From: Dehalococcoidia bacterium
Lineage (GTDB): Bacteria > Chloroflexota > Dehalococcoidia > Lucifugimonadales > UBA3495
Direction: 5' to 3'
Length of the DNA: 64,000 nt
NCBI GenBank assembly: GCA_030740155.1
Contig: JASLXV010000020.1
Coordinates: 1 to 64,000, forward strand
Shown here: positions 31,276 to 41,671 of the stretch, piece by piece
Position numbering within the stretch: position 1 is the first letter of the stretch
Layout: every line of letters starts with the position of its first letter
Program-made: the position numbers and the translations under genes
The notes under the pieces: generated by a model
Database searches by the model: none
What the model saw: only the letters and a program-made list of their open reading frames with translations
Told to the model about the DNA's origin: nothing

Positions 31276-31522
31276 ACCACTAGGCCCGGACTGGTGGAGA
31301 CAAGAGACCTCGGTTGAGAGGGACACGCGATGCTATTCGAGGAGAGCATGGATGCTTTTCTTCGGAGACAGCAACCCATCCCTCGCCACCAACCCGCCCG
31401 CGCCCCTCTGAGGCAGCGCGGAACTCGCCCTGCTGTACAGAATTGGGATAAGTTGAAATGGGATTACCCTGTTTCGATACCCACTCTAGCGTCGGTAAAT
31501 CAAAGCGAGCGTATCGAGGTGA

Positions 31523-32002
31523 ATGTTGGACAAGTATGCTTTGGCCAGGGTTATTCACGTGCTGTCGGTGGTGCTCTGGATCGGTGGCGTAGCCATGGTA
31601 ACGACCGTGCTGATACCTGCGATACGGAAGATGGGGCCCAGTGCGGATCAAGTCGGCCTTTTCGAACGGCTCGAGTCACGTTTCGCATTGCAGGCCAAGA
31701 TCACAACGCTCCTAGCCGGCCTGTCAGGCTTCTACATGCTCGACTTTATCGACGCGTGGGGTCGATATACCGAGCCCAAGTTCTGGTGGGTTCATGCCAT
31801 GACGATGGTCTGGGTATTGTTCATGTTCGTGCTTTTCGTCGCGGAGCCGCTGTTCCTACACCGGCTGTTCAAGAAACACGCGCAAAGAGACCCGGTCAAA
31901 ACATTCGCCATCGTGCACCGTTTGCATCTGATTCTGTTGGCCGTGAGCCTGGTGACCATGGCGGGAGCGGTGGCGGGCAGCCACGGCTGGTTCGTATTCT
32001 AA
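31523..32002 (+). CDS. Conserved 4-TM membrane protein (CopD-like, His-containing)
   Basis: HVLSVVLWIGG, WWVHAM, GAVAGSHG; four hydrophobic helices. Confidence 0.7.
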   Translation: MLDKYALARVIHVLSVVLWIGGVAMVTTVLIPAIRKMGPSADQVGLFERLESRFALQAKITTLLAGLSGFYMLDFIDAWGRYTEPKFWWVHAMTMVWVLFMFVLFVAEPLFLHRLFKKHAQRDPVKTFAIVHRLHLILLAVSLVTMAGAVAGSHGWFVF

Positions 32003-32111
32003 CGCCGAAAGGCGATGTTCAAATAGCAGGCGTGACAACGCATCGTCACGTCCGTGCCCAGCCACCGACGATTGTGCTAGACTGGGACCAGATTCGGTGA
32101 GGAGGAGTGAT

Positions 32112-32852
32112 ATGACCACCGCGGAGAGGAAACGGATAGGCCTGTTGGTGCCAGCCCGCAACCGCACGATGGAAGACGATTTCTCGGGTTGGATGCCTCG
32201 GTCGGTGGCCCTTCATACCATGCGAATGTACTTCCCACCGACGGAACCTCCCACGATGGAAGAGAGGCTTCAGCTAATGGACGACCAGGTAGGTGAGTCG
32301 GCCCGGCTGCTCACCCTGGTCCGCCCCGACGTTATCGCCTTCGGGTGCACCAGCGGGAGCTTCCTGCACGGTCTGGGGTGGGATCAGAAGATGATCGAGG
32401 AGATCGAGATGGTCTCCGGAGGAATCCCGACGGTAGCCACGGCGCGTTGTGTCGTCGATGCCCTCAACGAGCTAGGCGTGAAGAGGATTGCGGCGGCGTC
32501 GCCATACCCGCCGGAGATCAACGAGCGGCTGAAGAAGTACCTGGGCGACGCCGGTTTCGACGTGGTCAATTTCGACTATGAGGATGGGCGAAAGGTCGGG
32601 AATGTGGACCTGTTCGACCTGGATGTCGTGTACGAGCTTGGGAAGCGGGTGGACCGGACGGAAGCTGAAGCCATCTTCATCAGCTGTACCAATCTCCGGG
32701 CCGCGTCCATTATCGAGAGGCTTGAAAAGGAGACCGGCAAGCCGGTGGTGACCTCCAACCAGGCCACGTTCTGGGCCTGCCTCCGGAAGTTGGGAATCGA
32801 CGAGTCCATTCCGGGGGCGGGAAAACTGCTGCGGGAGCGAGTCCCGGCCTGA
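32112..32852 (+). CDS. Maleate cis-trans isomerase / Asp-Glu racemase family protein
   Basis: IGLLVP..N.TME, FGCTSGS, FISCTNL, PVVTSNQA. Confidence 0.88.
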   Translation: MTTAERKRIGLLVPARNRTMEDDFSGWMPRSVALHTMRMYFPPTEPPTMEERLQLMDDQVGESARLLTLVRPDVIAFGCTSGSFLHGLGWDQKMIEEIEMVSGGIPTVATARCVVDALNELGVKRIAAASPYPPEINERLKKYLGDAGFDVVNFDYEDGRKVGNVDLFDLDVVYELGKRVDRTEAEAIFISCTNLRAASIIERLEKETGKPVVTSNQATFWACLRKLGIDESIPGAGKLLRERVPA

Positions 32853-33030
32853 TTGTCGCGGGGTTGGTTGGCATTGGGGGGCGATCCCCATCCACCGGGT
32901 TTCACCCGTGTCAATCCGAGGCGCCGGCAGTCTCCGGCGCGGGATACCGGCCCGGCCCTGCGATAGCTCAAAACGCACCCCATCCCCCCGCGGCGGATGG
33001 GGTGCGTTGATCGTTTCCCTTCGGGCCTCG

Positions 33031-33858
33031 TTAGACGCTGTCGATGAACCGGAGGGTGGCCTCTACGCACTGGTCGGGTATATGCAGTTGGATTCCGGCG
33101 GCGATGTTGGGAAAGACCACCAAACCCTTGCAGTTGCCGAGCTGGCTCTTGACGAAAAGCTGGTCGTCGATAGGAGAGTTGGCGCTCTTGTCGCCGGTCA
33201 TCAGGAGCGTGGGGGCCATTATCTTGGGAAGCGCTCCCGACAGGTCGACGGCCTGGAAGACGAGTTGAAGGGCGATTGCCCCGGCGTGGGACGTCTTGGA
33301 ATGCTCCTCAATGTGCCACTCCACCATTCTGGGGTCCGCCAGGTCCATGTCCAGCCGGTTGGACATGGTGTTGACGAGCCATTGCCTGAGTCCCAGCTTG
33401 TCGATGGCATCCGCCATTGAAGCGGTGCCCTGGTTGTATAGGGACCTTGGCTTGTCGAGGATCTTGTACGGGGTGTTCACCAGGGTGAGGCTCTTGATCC
33501 AGTCGGGGTGGGTGATGGCGGTAAACATCCCCATGGTGCCTCCGGATTCAAAGCCCACCCAGTGGAGCTTCTTTATTCCCAGATCGTCGGCGATATCCAG
33601 GCAATCCTGGGACAGGCGTTCGGCGGTCCACGGGGGGTCGCTGGGGGGCACGTCGGACTGTCCACAACCTCGGCAGTCGTTTCTGATTACCTTGTATTTC
33701 CGTGACAGGCACGGCACCCACTGAATCCACCACTTCCCGCTTCGGGCATAGCCGTGGTGCATGAAAATGGCCTCATCCGTTTCCGGGGCCCAGGGGTCTC
33801 TGAAGTCGTCCACGTAGTAGTGAAGCTCCACGCCGTCACTGGCTTTGACCTTTGGCAT
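33031..33858 (-). CDS. Alpha/beta hydrolase (enol-lactone hydrolase-like)
   Basis: MHHG, DCRGCGQS, GFESGG (atypical nucleophile elbow). Confidence 0.8.
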   Translation of the reverse strand: MPKVKASDGVELHYYVDDFRDPWAPETDEAIFMHHGYARSGKWWIQWVPCLSRKYKVIRNDCRGCGQSDVPPSDPPWTAERLSQDCLDIADDLGIKKLHWVGFESGGTMGMFTAITHPDWIKSLTLVNTPYKILDKPRSLYNQGTASMADAIDKLGLRQWLVNTMSNRLDMDLADPRMVEWHIEEHSKTSHAGAIALQLVFQAVDLSGALPKIMAPTLLMTGDKSANSPIDDQLFVKSQLGNCKGLVVFPNIAAGIQLHIPDQCVEATLRFIDSV

Positions 33859-34307
33859 CCCTCTAACCTCCAGCGGGGAAGCGGTCTTCGTAAAGCTGTC
33901 CCCGTCTCAGTGCTCCGGTCCCCAAGACTTCTCGAGCATCACCCCACCTGACGCCCACGCATTCGCTGGTGCTAGTGATTATATAGCGTAGCGTCTAAGG
34001 ACCGGCGCACTCGCTGCCCAGTCTACCAATAAGCGCTCATTTTTCCCACCTTATTGGCCGAACGGCAGGTGAGGCGCCGGTCCCCCGGCGGCCTGAAGGG
34101 CGTAAGGGGCGTGATCTTCCCAGGGCCACGGGGCCGGGCCTGCCCAGCGTGCTGAAGCTGAGGAAACGCTCCATATCAAGGTGGATGTTGCCACCGGCGG
34201 CGAGAGACGTTATCATAACCGCGCCGGAAGCTGGCGAAGAGGTCATCCGGGCCTGAAAACGGAGCGGCCGGCGAAACCTACCTGGCACGGCGCGTAAGGA
34301 GACGACA

Positions 34308-35456
34308 ATGGCGCAGCAAGAATGGGGTCAAATCTACAAAGAGCTGGGCGCGGTCCCGGTCATCAACGCCACCGGCAGCGTGACTCTCCTCGGCGGGTCA
34401 ACGCCCATTCCCGAGGTAAGAGAAGCGATGGATCGGGCCGACAGCGCCTACGTACCTCTGATGGAACTCGAGGAGAAGGCTGGTGCAGCCATCGCCAAGA
34501 TGCTGAACGTTCCAGCAGCGTATATCACTTCCGGAGCGGGGTCCGCGCTGACCTTGGCGACCGCCGCCTTCATGGCCGGTGACGACGACGCCAAGATTGA
34601 GCAGCTTCCGAACACCACCGGCATGAAGAACGAGATCCTCATTCAGCGGAGGCACCGCTACTGGTATGACCGGTGCCTGGCCCTGGCCGGGGCGACGCTG
34701 GTGGAGTTCGGGTCTGAGGAAGGAACAACTCGGGAGGACCTGGAAAAGGCAATCGGCCCCAAGACGGCCGCGGTCCACTACGTCGCCATGGAACAAACCC
34801 CGGACTCTAAGGAGCTGCCTCTGGCGGATACCATCGAGATTGCCCACGCTCAGGGCGTGCCGGTAATGGTGGACTCCGCCGGGCAGATATATCCTCTGGA
34901 GAATTTTGGGAAGTACGTCAGGATGGGGGCCGATTTCCAATGCATCGCCGCCAAGTACATGGGCTCTTGCCAGTCGACTGGCCTCGCCTTGGGCAACGCG
35001 GAGACGATCCGCAAGCTCTCCCTGCAGGCGTTCGCCAGCTATGAGGGCCGCCGCATCCGGGGGGTCGGAAGACCTCAGAAGATCGACCGTCAGGAGATGG
35101 TCGGCGTGGTGGCGGCGGTAAACCGCTGGATAACGATGAATCACGAAGACCGGCTGGCTGTCGCGGAGCGGAAATGCGCGAACATGGCAGCCCCGCTTGG
35201 AAACATTCCCGGAGTGAAGGTCGATATGATCGACAATATCATCGGGCACCAACCCTATGGCGTGAACCTGAGTGTGGACGCGGCCGTGACCGGCATGACG
35301 ATCCAAGACGTGTCGGCCAAGCTGAAAGAGGGCGATCCTCCCATCTGGACCAGGGTCCGCGATGGCCAGGACTGGATCACGCTGCACACCTTCGGTCTGG
35401 CCGAGGGTGAGGACAAAATCGTTGGTGCGCGGATCGCGGAGCTGTTCGGCAAGTAG
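34308..35456 (+). CDS. SelA-like / DgaE-family PLP-dependent enzyme
   Basis: YKELGAVPVINATGSVTLLGGS, ITSGAGSAL, GVGRPQKIDRQE. 382 aa, without the N-terminal tRNA-binding extension of true SelA. Confidence 0.8.
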   Translation: MAQQEWGQIYKELGAVPVINATGSVTLLGGSTPIPEVREAMDRADSAYVPLMELEEKAGAAIAKMLNVPAAYITSGAGSALTLATAAFMAGDDDAKIEQLPNTTGMKNEILIQRRHRYWYDRCLALAGATLVEFGSEEGTTREDLEKAIGPKTAAVHYVAMEQTPDSKELPLADTIEIAHAQGVPVMVDSAGQIYPLENFGKYVRMGADFQCIAAKYMGSCQSTGLALGNAETIRKLSLQAFASYEGRRIRGVGRPQKIDRQEMVGVVAAVNRWITMNHEDRLAVAERKCANMAAPLGNIPGVKVDMIDNIIGHQPYGVNLSVDAAVTGMTIQDVSAKLKEGDPPIWTRVRDGQDWITLHTFGLAEGEDKIVGARIAELFGK

Positions 35457-35636
35457 TCAACTCGAGGGGGGGACCGGGTGTAACCGGTTGCCCTTACCCC
35501 ACAATTAAGTGGTTTTTGGGGCATCCCATCCGCCATAGGTGAATGGGATGCCCCTTCTAAAATCATCAAGGCTTGGCATCAAGGCCAAGACTTCTAAGAG
35601 CAAAGCCACGCCGGCGTTCCGGAGGGCAAAGCGGCA

Positions 35637-35743
35637 CTGTCATTGGTACGAGAATGTCATGCCGAGCCAGCCGCGGCAGCGAGGCATCTGGGGTGGGGAT
35701 TCTCCTCCGCCTCCCCAGACCCTTCGGTTCACTGGGGGTGACA
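35637..35743 (+). repeat. Dispersed repeat family C (full copy, GTCA...TGAC ends)
   Basis: Matches 12353-12410 and the reverse complement of 47853-47939. Confidence 0.8.
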
Positions 35744-35876
35744 CTTGGTACCTTCAAGGTCAGGCCGATCTGAGAATCTTCCCGGCTTGACTTCCACCGC
35801 GTTGATCACTTAATCTGCGCCAGGAATGACATCAGGGGATTGCCTTTCGGGAACGGGCAATCTGGGAGAAGCACAG

Positions 35877-37967
35877 TTGAGCAACTATCGCGTTGGCGGC
35901 GATGTAGGCGGGACCTTCACCGACGTTGTTCTGGCCGGTGAGGATGGGTCACTGGCAATCAAAAAGGTGCTATCAACCCCCGGCCATTTCGAACTGGCCA
36001 TGGTGGACGGGGTGGCCGATTTGCTGAAAGAGCACGGCGTGAACCCCAAGCAGGTGAACGAGGTGCTGCACGGCACCACCGCTGCCACCAACGCCGTGCT
36101 CCAGCGTCTCGGCGCCGTGACCGGGCTCATGACCACCAAGGGCTTCCGCGACGTGCTGGAGCTGCGGCGCCTGCGCATGCCCAACATCTACGACATCTTC
36201 TGGGACAAGCCCGCTCCCCTGGCGCCCCGCAACCTGTGCCGCGAGGTCACGGAGCGCCTGAACGGCAAGGGAGAGGTGCTGACGGGGCTGGACCTGGATG
36301 AGGTGCGGCAGGTGGTGCGCTCGATGCTGGAGGATGGGGTCACCTCCCTGGCGGTGTGCCTCTTGCACTCCTACATCAACCCCGTCCACGAACGGGAAAT
36401 CGCCGAGATGGTGCGCCGCGAGTTCCCCGACTTGTATCTGAGCGTCTCCTCCGAGGTGCTGCCGGAGATCAGGGAGTACGAGCGGACCTCGACCGTGGTG
36501 ACCAATGCCTACATCATGCCGGTCATGGCCTCTTATCTGCGCTCCATGACCCAGCAACTCGACCGGATGGGCGTCCGGGCCCCGCTCCTCATCGTGAAGT
36601 CCTCCGGCGGCATGATGACGGCAAGAATGGCGGAGCAGGCGCCCATTCACTCGCTGGAATCGGGGCCCGCCGCGGGGGTCCAGGCATCGTTGGCGCTGGC
36701 GCGCCGTCTGGGTATCAAGGACGTGGTGACCCTGGACATGGGAGGGACCACGGCCAAGGGGTCCTTGATCGAGAACGGCGAGGCCCATCGCGCCAGCGAG
36801 TACGAGGTCGGAGCGCCCATTTCCACGTCGTCCCGCCTCTTGAAGGGCGGAGGGTATCTGCTGCGGATCCGGGCTATCGACCTTGCCGAGGTGGGCGCGG
36901 GAGGCGGCAGCATCGTCGCCATCGATAGCGGAGGCTCACTCCAGGTAGGGCCCCGGTCGGCCGGGGCGGTCCCAGGACCCGTCTGCTACGACGGCGGTGG
37001 TGATCAGCCCACCGTCACCGATGCCAACCTGGTCCTGGGTTACCTGAACCAGGAGTATCTGTTGGGCGGTTCTCTCAAGGTAAACCGGGAGAAGGCCCAT
37101 CGCATCTTGGACGAAACCGTGGCCAAGCCCCTTGGTCTGCCCCTGCTGGAGGCAGCCTACGCTGTTCACATGGTCTCCAACGCCACCATGGCCCGCATCA
37201 TCCGGGCCGTGACCACGGAGCGGGGGCGCGACATTCGCAATTTCGACCTGATCGCCTTCGGGGGCAACGGACCGGTCCACGCCGCGGAGTTGGCCCGCTC
37301 CCTGGGCATCAGGCGCATCATCGTCCCGCCGGTGCCGGGCCTCTTCAGCGCCCTGGGGCTTCTGGTTTCGCCGCTGGAGCAGGAGGAGGTACAGACGATA
37401 ATGCGTCCCACAAGCTCCATGAACGACGCCGATCTGGAGCGGCTTTACGCCGGCCTAGAGGAGCGGGTGGCGGCGGCGCTTCAGGCCGAAGGCGTGGACC
37501 TGAGTAAGGTGGAGTATAGCCCCATGGCGGACATGCGCTCCATCGATCAAGCCCACGAACTGACGGTGGCGGCGCCCGCGGGGTCATCCGACGGCCATCG
37601 AATCGAGGCACTGGAAGAGTCGTTCTGGCAGGAGCATCTGCGGAGTTTCGGGCACAGATCGGATCAAGACCCCACCGAAATAGTAAACGTCCGGCTGGCG
37701 GCAAGGTACGCGACGGCCCGGGAAGACCACAACGTTAGCGTGGAATCCCTCAAGGCCCTGTATCGCACGTCGCCGGGCAAGACCGCCCGACTCGCCTACT
37801 TCGGCCGGGAGTCGGGATCAATGGAGACGCCAGTGGTCGCCCGGCTGGACCTTACCGAGCGCGCTACACCGGGGCCGTTGATCGTAGAAGAGTACGACAC
37901 CACCGTGATGGTGCCTCCGGGCTTCAGCGTCCGGCGTGACCCCCTGGGCAATCTTCTTCTAGAATAG
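35877..37967 (+). CDS. Hydantoinase A / 5-oxoprolinase family protein
   Basis: GDVGGTFTD, HGTTAATNA, ESGPAAG, DMGGTT, FGGNGPVHA. Start uncertain (35826 or 35877). Confidence 0.9.
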   Translation: MSNYRVGGDVGGTFTDVVLAGEDGSLAIKKVLSTPGHFELAMVDGVADLLKEHGVNPKQVNEVLHGTTAATNAVLQRLGAVTGLMTTKGFRDVLELRRLRMPNIYDIFWDKPAPLAPRNLCREVTERLNGKGEVLTGLDLDEVRQVVRSMLEDGVTSLAVCLLHSYINPVHEREIAEMVRREFPDLYLSVSSEVLPEIREYERTSTVVTNAYIMPVMASYLRSMTQQLDRMGVRAPLLIVKSSGGMMTARMAEQAPIHSLESGPAAGVQASLALARRLGIKDVVTLDMGGTTAKGSLIENGEAHRASEYEVGAPISTSSRLLKGGGYLLRIRAIDLAEVGAGGGSIVAIDSGGSLQVGPRSAGAVPGPVCYDGGGDQPTVTDANLVLGYLNQEYLLGGSLKVNREKAHRILDETVAKPLGLPLLEAAYAVHMVSNATMARIIRAVTTERGRDIRNFDLIAFGGNGPVHAAELARSLGIRRIIVPPVPGLFSALGLLVSPLEQEEVQTIMRPTSSMNDADLERLYAGLEERVAAALQAEGVDLSKVEYSPMADMRSIDQAHELTVAAPAGSSDGHRIEALEESFWQEHLRSFGHRSDQDPTEIVNVRLAARYATAREDHNVSVESLKALYRTSPGKTARLAYFGRESGSMETPVVARLDLTERATPGPLIVEEYDTTVMVPPGFSVRRDPLGNLLLE

Positions 37968-38084
37968 CAACACGCCCTCGTTTTTATGAAGAAAGCCGAG
38001 TCTCGGACTCAAAAGCAGCCGCCCGGGCGGCTTCGGGACCAATAAGCTCACAGACGCTTTCGCAGCGGAAACCGAGGAGAAGCG

Positions 38085-39797
38085 ATGCAGATCGATGTCA
38101 TCACCTTCGAGGTCTTGAAGAATAACCTGGCGTCCATCACCGACGAAATGATGTTCACTCTTCAGCGTACGGGCCACTCGCCGACCACGACCCAAGCGTT
38201 CGACTTTTCAGTAGCGATTTGTGACCCACAGGGGCGCATGCTGGTTCAGGGCTTGGCCGTGGCCGGACACATGGGCAGCATCCCGGCCGCGGTTGGGGCC
38301 TGTGTGTCTAAGTTCGGCGAGGAAGTCCGTGACGGCGATATCTTCCTCCTGAACGATCCGTATGAGGGCGGGATGCATCTGCCGGACGTCTTCGTCATCA
38401 AGCCCATGTTTTCCGATGGCGACCTCGTGGCGTACACCTGCTCGGTGGTGCACCACACCGACATGGGCGGACGGGCCCCGGGTTCCATGGCCCACGACTC
38501 CACCGAGATCTACCAGGAAGGGCTGCGGCTGCCGCCGGTACGATTCTACGAGCAGGGCCGGGTGAACCCGACGCTGGTCGACATTATCACCAAGAACGTG
38601 CGGATTCCGGATCAGGTGCTGGGCGACCTGCGGTCCGAAGTGGCCGCGTGCCACATCGGGGAGGATCGGCTTCGGGAGATCCTCGAGACTTTCGGCCGCG
38701 AGGAGTTGATGTTCTATTTCGATGCCCTCATGGACTACTCCGAGCGCATCGCCCGTTCCATAATCGCCACCTGGCCCGACGGTACCTACACCTTCACCGA
38801 CTACCTGGACGACGATGGGGTGGACCCCGACCCCATTCCGCTGACGGTTGCCGTCACCATTCACGGCGACTCCCTCACCGCGGACTACACGGGCTCCGCG
38901 CCCCAGGTCCGCGGGGCGATCAACTGCACCCCAGCCTGGACGGAAGCCTGGACCTACGCCGCGGTGCGGGCCGCCCTGGGGGTGGACATCCCCAACAACG
39001 ACGGCTATTTCAGGCCCATCGAGGTTATCTCCCCCAAAGGATCGATCCTCAATATGCGGCACCCCGCCCCCTGCGCCGCCCGCGGCATGACCGGCCACCG
39101 TATTCAGGATGCCATGTTCGGGGCCCTGTCCCAGGCCATTCCCGGCCAGATCCCGGCAGCCTCCCAGGGGGGCACCTCCACCGGCCGCTTCGGGGTGTAC
39201 GGGCCCGACGGCAAGGCCAATGTGTTCTACGATAATGTCTACGGTACCCGGGGAGCCACGCCGCGCAACGACGGTCCCGACGGGCTGGCGGAAACGGGGG
39301 GCAACCTCAGCAACGTCTCCATCGAGGTGGAAGAGATTTCATTCCCCCTCCGGGTCCGCCGTTACGGCCTGGTGCCCGACTCCGGGGGCCCCGGCCGTTT
39401 CCGGGGAGGGCTGAGCATTCTGCGGGAATGGGAGGTCCTGGCGCCGGAGATGGCGGTGACTTTCCGCTCGGACCGGCGGAAGTTCCAGCCCTACGGCCTC
39501 CATGGCGGCAAGGCGGGGCAGCCCAGCGAAAGCTACCTGAACCCGGATGATGGCAACCCGATGCTGCCCTCCAAGATCAACCAGCGCTTCAAGCAGAGCG
39601 ACGTCTTCCTCCACATCACGCCCTCGGGCGGCGGTTGGGGTGACCCCATGAGTCGTGACCCGCAGAGTGTGCTGGCCGACTGGCGCCTGAAGAAGGTGAC
39701 GGCGGCTCACGTCCGGGATGCCTATGGCGTAGCCATCGACGAGGAGAACTGTTGCGTTGACGAGGCTGCCACCGCCGCATTGCGGAAGGGCGCATAG
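38085..39797 (+). CDS. Hydantoinase B / 5-oxoprolinase family protein
   Basis: NDPYEGGMHLPD, HHTDMGG, YQEGL, GPGRFRGG, PSGGGWGDP. Confidence 0.92.
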   Translation: MQIDVITFEVLKNNLASITDEMMFTLQRTGHSPTTTQAFDFSVAICDPQGRMLVQGLAVAGHMGSIPAAVGACVSKFGEEVRDGDIFLLNDPYEGGMHLPDVFVIKPMFSDGDLVAYTCSVVHHTDMGGRAPGSMAHDSTEIYQEGLRLPPVRFYEQGRVNPTLVDIITKNVRIPDQVLGDLRSEVAACHIGEDRLREILETFGREELMFYFDALMDYSERIARSIIATWPDGTYTFTDYLDDDGVDPDPIPLTVAVTIHGDSLTADYTGSAPQVRGAINCTPAWTEAWTYAAVRAALGVDIPNNDGYFRPIEVISPKGSILNMRHPAPCAARGMTGHRIQDAMFGALSQAIPGQIPAASQGGTSTGRFGVYGPDGKANVFYDNVYGTRGATPRNDGPDGLAETGGNLSNVSIEVEEISFPLRVRRYGLVPDSGGPGRFRGGLSILREWEVLAPEMAVTFRSDRRKFQPYGLHGGKAGQPSESYLNPDDGNPMLPSKINQRFKQSDVFLHITPSGGGWGDPMSRDPQSVLADWRLKKVTAAHVRDAYGVAIDEENCCVDEAATAALRKGA

Positions 39798-39852
39798 ATT
39801 TCCTCAGAGCATTATCAGGAGACCTCTCCGGGACTTGAGCGGGCACTCCGGT

Positions 39853-40087
39853 GTGGGGGCGCAGTATATTGCGCCCCTACGGCGACATTAATCCGGACGC
39901 GCAATGGTTGGTGCCCCTACCCTGACATTTTCGTAACTTGGGCGGGCACCGTGGTGTGGGGGCGCAATATATTGCGCCCCTACGGTGAAATTAACCCAGG
40001 CGCGCAATGTTTGGCGCCCCTACCGTGATATTTTCGGAATTTGGGCGGGTATCCTGGTGTTGAGGCGCAATATATCGCGCCCCAACG
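39853..40087. repeat. Cluster of five GTAG-type REP palindromes (family F)
   Basis: GGGGCGCA(G/A)TATATTGCGCCCCTAC alternates with GCGCAATG..TTGG.GCCCCTAC; lies between convergent genes. Confidence 0.85.
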
Positions 40088-40191
40088 GTGGCATTAATCC
40101 AGACGCGCGATCGCCAAACACCTCTCCTGAAGCGGCATTCGGAAGGGTTTCCCTGGCCCTTCCCGAGAACCTCCGGCCAGCGTTACCCGGC

Positions 40192-41565
40192 CTAGGCTGG
40201 GGGTTCGTCCAGGCCCAGGAGTTCGCGGTAGCCGCGGTCGTAGAAGGCCAGTTGCTCCGTGTCGACCTGCTCATCCAGCGTCGGCGGCTCCGGGCGCTGT
40301 AGGTCCTCGTATTGCGGGGCGGTCCCCAGGAGCCCCTCAGCCTGGTAGGCCTGGAGCTGGTCGTCATCCACCCCAAGAAGTTCGCCGAACACCCTCTGGT
40401 TGTGTTCTCCCAGGCTGGGGACGAAACGAATTTCGGGCCGGGCGCCGGAGAAGTGGTATGGCTGCCCTGGGTAGGGCCGCTTGCCCACGGCGCGCTCCGG
40501 GGGGTGGGTGAACCACTGGATGAACCCCCGCTCGCGCAGGTGCGGGTCGGTTACTAGGTCCCGGGCCATGGTCACGGGACCGGCGGGCACCCCGTGCTCC
40601 TGCAGCAGGTGCATGACCTCGTACTTCCTCCGCTGCCGGGTCCAGGCCGCAATGTGGCTATCCAGCAGTTCACGGTTCTGCCAGCGGGAAAGAGGGTCCA
40701 TGTAGCGCTGATCCTGAGCCCATTCCGGCTGACCAAGGGCCCGGCAGAGTCCCTCCCACTGGGCGTCGCCGTCCACCGCGATGGCCACCCAGGTGTCCTC
40801 TTCGCGGCAGGGGTAGCAGCCGTGGGGGGCCAGGTGCGGGTGGCTGTTGCCCATCCGGCCCGGTAAGACCGACCCCATTTGCCGGGCCAGCAGGGCGGGA
40901 CCGATGCAGTTCACCCCTGTCTCGAACATGGACATGTCGATCAGCGCTTCCCTGCCGGTGCGCCGCCGGTGGTGGAGCGCCATGAGAACTGCCAGGGCGT
41001 TGTTCCAGCCCGTGAGCAGGTCGTGGTAGGAGTCCTCGACGCCGACCGGACCTCCGGCCTCGAATCCGGCCAAGTCGTAGAGCCCGGAGAGGGGCTGCAC
41101 CGTGCGTCCGAAGGCCCCCGCCTGGCGCCAGGGTCCCTGCTGACCGAATCCGGAGCTGCGCAGCACCACCAGGTCGGGCCTGATCTGGCGCAGGACATCG
41201 CGGCCCAGTCCCAGGCGCTCCAGCACGTCCGGACGGTGATTTTCCGCGAGCACGTCGCTCAGCGAGATGAGCCGCTTCAGCAGCTCCAATCCGTGGGGTT
41301 GTTGCAGGTCCAGGGTCACGCTCTGCTTGTTGCGCCCGCTGTAGTGGTGCCAGCCGGAGCGGTCCCAAAACCGCTGCCCCGGGTCGTTCTCCGGGAAGGG
41401 GCGAAAGCGGCGGGTGTCTAGCCGCGAGAGGCTTTCCACCCGGACAACCTCGGCGCCCATGTCGGCCAGGACCATCGTGGTCCAGGGAAGCTGAACTATG
41501 TTCTCCAGGGAGACCACGCGGATTCCCTCGAGGGGGAGCCGCCCGCCATTGCCGGTTTTCACCAT
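40192..41565 (-). CDS. Class III CoA-transferase, catalytic-type subunit (BbsF-like)
   Basis: LEGIRVV, LADMGAEVVRVES, RNKQSVTLDL, SYHDLLTG (Asp), APHGCYPC. Confidence 0.88.
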   Translation of the reverse strand: MVKTGNGGRLPLEGIRVVSLENIVQLPWTTMVLADMGAEVVRVESLSRLDTRRFRPFPENDPGQRFWDRSGWHHYSGRNKQSVTLDLQQPHGLELLKRLISLSDVLAENHRPDVLERLGLGRDVLRQIRPDLVVLRSSGFGQQGPWRQAGAFGRTVQPLSGLYDLAGFEAGGPVGVEDSYHDLLTGWNNALAVLMALHHRRRTGREALIDMSMFETGVNCIGPALLARQMGSVLPGRMGNSHPHLAPHGCYPCREEDTWVAIAVDGDAQWEGLCRALGQPEWAQDQRYMDPLSRWQNRELLDSHIAAWTRQRRKYEVMHLLQEHGVPAGPVTMARDLVTDPHLRERGFIQWFTHPPERAVGKRPYPGQPYHFSGARPEIRFVPSLGEHNQRVFGELLGVDDDQLQAYQAEGLLGTAPQYEDLQRPEPPTLDEQVDTEQLAFYDRGYRELLGLDEPPA

Positions 41566-41578
41566 GGTCTCGGTGAAC

Positions 41579-41628
41579 GAAATCCCTCTAAGTCTCCCTT
41601 TACCGAAGGGAGACCGGCGGGAATCTTT
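41579..41628. repeat. REP-like family A copy between the paired CoA-transferase genes
   Basis: AAATCCCTCTAAGTCTCCCTTTACCGAAGGGAGAC. Confidence 0.7.
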
Positions 41629-41671
41629 TTGTCGCAAGATTTGAGAAGCTGTGAATAACCCGGGCAGAAAC

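Noticed and set aside
34308..35456. True selenocysteine synthase selA serving the local selenoproteins
   Set aside because: Too short, lacks the SelA N-terminal domain, and has no selB/selD neighbours; it fits the DgaE/SelA-like family better.
39853..40087. Possible CRISPR array
   Set aside because: Repeats are of two alternating types, the spacers are themselves repeated, no cas genes are present, and the CTAC/GTAG foot fits REP elements.
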